DNA from: Methanothermobacter thermautotrophicus str. Delta H
GTDB taxonomy: Archaea > Methanobacteriota > Methanobacteria > Methanobacteriales > Methanothermobacteraceae
Reading direction: 5' to 3'
Length of the DNA stretch: 32,000 nt
NCBI RefSeq assembly: GCF_000008645.1
Contig: NC_000916.1
Span: 270,001-302,000, forward strand
Below, in pieces: positions 27,291-32,000 of this stretch. A program made the translations under genes and the position numbers. The notes beneath the pieces were generated by a model, which saw nothing but the letters and a program-made list of their open reading frames with translations, ran no database searches and was not told where the DNA came from. Each line of letters begins with the position of its first letter. Within the stretch, counting starts at the first letter, position 1.

Positions 27291-28994
27291 GTGCTAAACT
27301 TGGAACCTGATTCTGCAATCTTTGCAAGGAGACTCTCATTTTCATTTGCCCTTGCAGTTATAATCCTCTCGGCCCTCACAATCACGGGCCACCTTATGGG
27401 GATCCCCCAGCTAAGGGGAGAGATCATGGGATCACCACACACGCAGCCGATGACCGCCGCAGTGTTCCTGATGCTGGGGTCCGCCATAATTCTTCTCTCA
27501 AAGCAGATCAGAACCCCAGCGCTCTACATTGCAACCTTTCTACTTGTCTTCTACACCCTCACCGTCACCGGGTATCTTCAGACATCCATCACAGGGTACG
27601 GTTCAAACTCTCGCTTCATATCATCAATCCTCTTCATCATCTACGCCATCATACTGATCCTCTTTTCGTCCTCAAGGTACACGGCACCCCAGGTACTCGC
27701 CTTTTCAGCCGGGACAGTGGCCTACTGCGTGGCCACAGGATACCTTGGAGGTGTTGGAGTCTACGGCCAGTACTTCCAGATGGCATTCTACACCGCCATC
27801 CTCCACCTCCTCACATCCACATCATTCCTTAGCCTCTACCCTGAGGAGGGTATAGTTGCACCCATACACATGTCCTTCACCGGAGGGCATCTGGCCAGGC
27901 TGCTCATCCCCATCATGATAGCCAGCATAACCATCCTGGGCCTCTTCACCATGAAAATAAGTCAGAGGCTTTTCCCTGGATTCGGGGAGGTGTTCCTCAT
28001 GGGGATGACAGCCTCCCTCACCATAATAGTTGTTATCCTGGCATCGGATGAACTCAACAGGATAGATGAGAAGAGATCAGAATACCAGAGGGACCTCCTC
28101 GAGGCCCAGAAGTTCTTCAGGGATGTTGTTGAAAACCTTGCAGAGGCTGTGGCGGTCTTTGACAAGGAGGGGAGCATTATCTACAGGAACTCTGCCATGA
28201 AAAAACTGGGGATCATGGATCTTCCACGGCCATCATCCAGTGGCGAACCTGTCATGATTGAACAGATGAAGGTGGGTGATGGCCACTACACGGGATGGAT
28301 GGTTCCAAGGTTCTCTGACGGAAAATTCACAGGATACATCGTGTCACTCACAGATATCACGGACCTTATAGGGATACAGAGGTCCCTCGAGTCCACAGTG
28401 AGTGAGAGGGACGCTCTTCTTGCAGAGGTCCATCACAGGGTCAAGAATAACCTCCAGATAATCATGAGCCTCCTCAATATTCAGGCCATGAATGCCAGTG
28501 AAGAGGCGCGTGAGGTCCTGAGGGATGCCCAGAGCCGTGTGCGGGCAATGGCTATCCTCCATGAGACAATCTATGATAGCGGAAACTTCACTGGTGTTGA
28601 TATGGGGTCCTTCATAACAAGGCTCATTGAGAGACTTGTAAGCGCCTATGGGGTCTACGGTATCCACTTCAGGGTGGATGCAGACGTCCGGGTGAACCTT
28701 GAAACCGCAATACCCCTGGGGCTCCTCATAAATGAGGCGGTTACCAACTCAATCCGGCATGCCTTCCCCTCAGGGGAGGGCAGCATCACAGTGACGATGG
28801 AATCAGACGGGCTACTCTACCTGCGGGTTGAGGATGATGGTACCGGCATGGAGGGTATACCCGATGGTACCGTTGGTCTGTCGCTCATGAGGGCCCTTGC
28901 AGATCAGCTTGAGGGTGAACTTGAGATAGAATCAGATCAGGGTACTGTGGTGTCCCTAAGGTTCAGGGAACTCGAATACATGAAAAGAACCTAG
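27291..28994 (+). CDS. Membrane sensor histidine kinase with PAS domain (HisKA_2/HATPase_c type)
   Basis: GTG start; about 8 N-terminal TM helices; PAS FFRDVVENLAEAVAVFDKEGSIIYRNSAMKKL; HisKA_2 LLAEVHHRVKNNLQIIMSLLNIQA; HATPase EAVTNSIRHAFPSGEGSITV and DDGTGMEG. Confidence 0.93.
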   Translation: MLNLEPDSAIFARRLSFSFALAVIILSALTITGHLMGIPQLRGEIMGSPHTQPMTAAVFLMLGSAIILLSKQIRTPALYIATFLLVFYTLTVTGYLQTSITGYGSNSRFISSILFIIYAIILILFSSSRYTAPQVLAFSAGTVAYCVATGYLGGVGVYGQYFQMAFYTAILHLLTSTSFLSLYPEEGIVAPIHMSFTGGHLARLLIPIMIASITILGLFTMKISQRLFPGFGEVFLMGMTASLTIIVVILASDELNRIDEKRSEYQRDLLEAQKFFRDVVENLAEAVAVFDKEGSIIYRNSAMKKLGIMDLPRPSSSGEPVMIEQMKVGDGHYTGWMVPRFSDGKFTGYIVSLTDITDLIGIQRSLESTVSERDALLAEVHHRVKNNLQIIMSLLNIQAMNASEEAREVLRDAQSRVRAMAILHETIYDSGNFTGVDMGSFITRLIERLVSAYGVYGIHFRVDADVRVNLETAIPLGLLINEAVTNSIRHAFPSGEGSITVTMESDGLLYLRVEDDGTGMEGIPDGTVGLSLMRALADQLEGELEIESDQGTVVSLRFRELEYMKRT

Positions 28995-29175
28995 TGCGGG
29001 ACACGCTGTGCTGGTTTTCAATATCTGCAGTTATAGAGATCCGGTTTTTTGCGGATTTTAAGGGATCAGCTGTTGAATGGGATCTTCCCGGTTAAGGATC
29101 CAGTTTGTCGCAGTTTTTCAAAAGGATTGGCTGTTAAATGGACCTTCTATATCAAAAAAATAAAAAATAAAAAAT

Positions 29176-31383
29176 TTAAAATGGCAGTTCCGCGTAGTAG
29201 CCCTTTATACTGGCGCTCTTCCAGTTCTTTATGACTCCAAGGGAGTTCATGTTGCTTGATGCGTCAGCGTTAACCCAGGAACCATTTATGTAGAGCTGTG
29301 CCCAGACATGGCCGTAGGTGTTCCCTGAGACGAATGTGCATGTGGCATGCACATACCTGGCTGCTATGCCTGAGGCCCTTGAAAGGGCAACCAGGAGGTG
29401 TGTTATGTCAACACAGTTTCCTGTCCTGTTTTTGAGTGTGCCCACTGCACCGTACCTGGTGTTGTAGTAGAAGCTGTAGTCTATGTTGTCACGCACCCAG
29501 TTGAATATCGCTGTCGCCCTGGCAGTAACTGAGGTCAGACCCCTGGTGATGCTTGCTGCAAGGGATCTTATCTCTGTACTTGTAACCTGGCAGTTCGCTG
29601 TTGAGGCCAGGTAGCTGCCTGAGAATATGGAACTGTCAACCGTGACATAGTTGGGGAGCCTTCCATTATCCTCCTGGAATGCCACAACCTTTGACAGGCT
29701 GTAGAGGAGGACGTTGAAGCTCAGGGGCCCTGCACTGGATGATATCTGTGACGGCGCAGTGCCTGTTGATGACATGTAGCTCAGGACCTGTGACGCGATC
29801 TGCAGGTACTCATCCTTCTGGATTGTCCCTGAAGCCTTAAGGGTTGTGGCTGATGGTTCACTGAAGGATCCAGGTACAGGATCCTTACCTGTGAGGAACT
29901 CTGCCAGCAGGTAGAGGAATCCGGCGGGTGTAACCTGACTCTCACCGAGGCTAACATAATTGGGGAGCCTGTAATTTGACTCAACGAATGCCTTAACCCT
30001 GCTGGCGGCATCCATGATCATCGATGCGGTGATTGAATTTTCAGCAGACGGCTTTGTTGTTGCGGATGGTATCCCACCCAGAAAGTCTTTATCGATCAAC
30101 CCGTACCTGAAGAGGGCGTATCCGTCGGCTCCTCCACGGAGGGCTGAATCTATATCTCCCCTGAGCTCATCTGCAGGTATGGGCGTCACATCACTGTCGG
30201 ATCTGTAGGTCTGAAGTCCGGTCCACACCTGTGCACCGGGGCTCCTGGCCTTGATGTAGGCAGTTACATTCTGTATCCATGAGGAATCCTCCCGGTAGTT
30301 ACCCTTGTAGACCATCGGCACAAGGACGTCCAGATACTCTGCAAGCTGGGTGTAGTTCTGGCCATAGTAGTAGGCATTTGATCCCTTCTCTGGCATCAGG
30401 GCAGCCGACAGTAGAAGCCCGGGGTTAACAGATTTAACGGCTTCACTGATCCTCCTGACTATCCCTGTTATGGTTGCTGTTGAGTTGGGCACCTGGTATG
30501 CGTTTCCAGGGTACCGGATATAGTCGAGGTGGATACCACCAACCCCTGGAATGCTGGTGTATGATAGCACCCTCCGGGTGAGGTTATCAATGAACTGCTC
30601 TGCATAGCTTGTGTTGTAGCCGTATCTTGTCTCTGTACTGGTAACCGTCTTTGTAACTGTCCTGTACTTTATGGTGTAACGTGTCTCCTTGACGTACCTG
30701 TAGGAGGTTTTCTTAACGTAGCGGTACTTCCAGGTGTATCTCCACTTACCCCTGTACTTGTACCATGACTTGTACCACTTCTTCACATAGGTTGTGTAGG
30801 CCTTCTTCACTGTTACAGTGTAATAGTACTTGTAGGGTTCCTTGACTGTGACCTTGCTGGTGGTTGTAACATTGTAGGCGTACCTGCCGGTTGGGTCAAC
30901 CCATTTGCCGTTAGCATCCTTGAGGCAGATGACCCAGGCACTCACCCTTATACCCTGGGCTGAAGTGTTACCGAGGAATGAGGTGAGGTTTGCTCTGAAG
31001 CGTTCATCATTGAAGGCCAGCTGCTCAAGGAAAACATCAGATATACCCTTACCTTTGAGTTCACTGAGGTTGACCTTTCCCATGTCATAGGCCTTGACCC
31101 AGATGGCGCCGTGTGCCTGTTCTGTTGTTGTGTTTTCCTGTGTTTGTGTTGTGTTCTGCTCTGCTGTTTCTGTTGTGTTTTCCGTTGTTGTGTTTGTGTT
31201 CTGGGCCTCCATATCCTCTGTGCTGCTGTCTGCCATTTCAACGGCAGACGCCACATTTGAGCCCATGAATGAAAGCACCAGAACAAGGGCTATTAGAATG
31301 TTCAGCTTTCTCGAAATTTTACCGCCTCCACTGGGGCTAAAAACCCCATGTAGACTCTTAAAAAGGCCTTTATATATAAACAT
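29176..31383 (-). CDS. Multidomain pseudomurein-targeting wall protein: putative glycoside-hydrolase-like domain, pseudomurein-binding repeats, C-terminal transglutaminase-like (PeiW/PeiP-like) domain
   Basis: Signal peptide KLNILIALVLVLSFMGSNVASA; GH-like GIHLDYIRYPG; PMBR-type RLPNYVSLGESQVTPAGFLYLLAEFL and RLPNYVTV; Cys-His-Asp pattern TGNCVDITHLL...YGHVWAQLY...NADASS. True start may be downstream of 31383. Confidence 0.88.
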   Translation of the reverse strand: MFIYKGLFKSLHGVFSPSGGGKISRKLNILIALVLVLSFMGSNVASAVEMADSSTEDMEAQNTNTTTENTTETAEQNTTQTQENTTTEQAHGAIWVKAYDMGKVNLSELKGKGISDVFLEQLAFNDERFRANLTSFLGNTSAQGIRVSAWVICLKDANGKWVDPTGRYAYNVTTTSKVTVKEPYKYYYTVTVKKAYTTYVKKWYKSWYKYRGKWRYTWKYRYVKKTSYRYVKETRYTIKYRTVTKTVTSTETRYGYNTSYAEQFIDNLTRRVLSYTSIPGVGGIHLDYIRYPGNAYQVPNSTATITGIVRRISEAVKSVNPGLLLSAALMPEKGSNAYYYGQNYTQLAEYLDVLVPMVYKGNYREDSSWIQNVTAYIKARSPGAQVWTGLQTYRSDSDVTPIPADELRGDIDSALRGGADGYALFRYGLIDKDFLGGIPSATTKPSAENSITASMIMDAASRVKAFVESNYRLPNYVSLGESQVTPAGFLYLLAEFLTGKDPVPGSFSEPSATTLKASGTIQKDEYLQIASQVLSYMSSTGTAPSQISSSAGPLSFNVLLYSLSKVVAFQEDNGRLPNYVTVDSSIFSGSYLASTANCQVTSTEIRSLAASITRGLTSVTARATAIFNWVRDNIDYSFYYNTRYGAVGTLKNRTGNCVDITHLLVALSRASGIAARYVHATCTFVSGNTYGHVWAQLYINGSWVNADASSNMNSLGVIKNWKSASIKGYYAELPF
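31369..31380 (-). promoter_or_regulatory. Candidate TATA box TTTATATATAAA for the wall protein gene
   Basis: Perfect palindromic TATA sequence within the first codons of the longest ORF, about 55-60 bp upstream of a GGAGG (31325-31329). Confidence 0.55.
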
Positions 31384-31627
31384 TGTGGTTTAAAAATTGA
31401 AAAAAGACATTATTAGAACTTTTTAAATCAAATAAGACAATATTAGAGTCTTTCACGGTTTTCATTATGCTCCGTGAGTCTGGATAACAGCTCCTAAAAA
31501 GATAAGAGCATTCGCGCTCCGGATCTAATTTCGGAGCCACCATATAACCGCTGTTCAGAGGAGGAGGTCTGCGCATGTCAGATTAAGGGGGTAATACAAT
31601 GTTTGATCAACTCTCCACATAAACCCC

Positions 31628-32000
31628 TCACTCCTCAAGCTCACAGACCCCACTGTAACAGCTGAATATCTCATCTGAGATCCTCCTGGTAGCCTCACGC
31701 TTCTCTGAAACCACCACATCGGCCCCTGCCGTGTAGAGCATCTCAGTATTCTCAAATCCCCTTATCCTCGCTATTATCTTCATACCCTCATTCAGCGCCC
31801 TGGCTTCATGGATGGCATGGACCGTGGACCGGTAGTCTGCAATGGCAATCACCATCACCGCAGCCTCCGGGACATTGAAATGCCTCAGCACGGCCAGGTG
31901 CGTCCCATCCCCATAGTAGACATTGAGACCCTCATCGCGGGCCCTTCTCACGGCTTCAGGGTTGACATCCAGGCCTATGTAGGGTATACCATGGTCCTCA
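31628..32000 (-). CDS. C-terminal TrkA-N/RCK domain of a KefB/Kch-type cation transporter, truncated by window edge
   Basis: Frame stays open upstream of the track start: EDHGIPYIGLDVNPEAVRRARDEGLNVYYGDGTHLAVLRHFNVPEAAVMVIAIAD; NAD-binding acidic residue and YGDGT pattern. Confidence 0.82.
   Translation of the reverse strand, partial: EDHGIPYIGLDVNPEAVRRARDEGLNVYYGDGTHLAVLRHFNVPEAAVMVIAIADYRSTVHAIHEARALNEGMKIIARIRGFENTEMLYTAGADVVVSEKREATRRISDEIFSCYSGVCELEE

Noticed and set aside
30905-31393. Overlapping ORFs at the 5' end of the wall protein (30948..31286 -, 31094..31393 +)
   Set aside because: They derive from the Thr/Asn/Glu-rich linker read in alternative frames. No SD or domain support.
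1-32000. tRNA/rRNA genes or transposases/integrases
   Set aside because: No cloverleaf/GTTCRANNC pattern or rRNA sequence was recognised, and no ORF resembles a transposase, integrase or phage structural protein.

Overview
This window looks like a Methanobacteriales (Methanothermobacter-like) chromosomal segment. The basis is CDS content (pseudomurein-binding/endoisopeptidase-type wall protein, DUF2206 membrane protein, FrhB-like protein), archaeal TATA elements and strong SD sites; no database search was run. Positions 1-~8160 form an AT-rich, plus-strand surface-polysaccharide block: aminotransferase, GT4, GNAT, DUF3800, a second GT4 broken by an in-frame TGA, DUF2206 membrane protein and a polysaccharide pyruvyl-transferase family protein. 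It meets tail-to-tail a GC-rich, minus-strand block at 8142-18255: FrhB-like, flippase, GT2, UDP-galactopyranose mutase, glycyl-radical activase, glycyl-radical enzyme, second flippase and a second GT2. Downstream are a small membrane protein, a YdjM/DUF457-like protein, a very large secreted and anchored CobN-like protein, a cupin, secreted proteins, an orphan sensor kinase, a multidomain pseudomurein hydrolase and a TrkA-N/KefB-type fragment. The strongest lead is the glycyl-radical enzyme and activase pair embedded between polysaccharide genes. Its active-site sequence (S-A-C-W-E-P, single Cys plus Glu) resembles dehydratase/lyase-type members rather than pyruvate formate-lyase, suggesting undescribed radical chemistry in archaeal surface-glycan synthesis. 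Other leads are a 7x pentanucleotide repeat at a GT/flippase operon promoter, a nonsense codon in a GT4 Rossmann Gly loop, a duplicated 46-bp segment that is the 3' end of one gene and the 5' leader of the next, a possible ATT start codon on the wall hydrolase, and a frameshifted small zinc-ribbon ORF missing from the ORF track.
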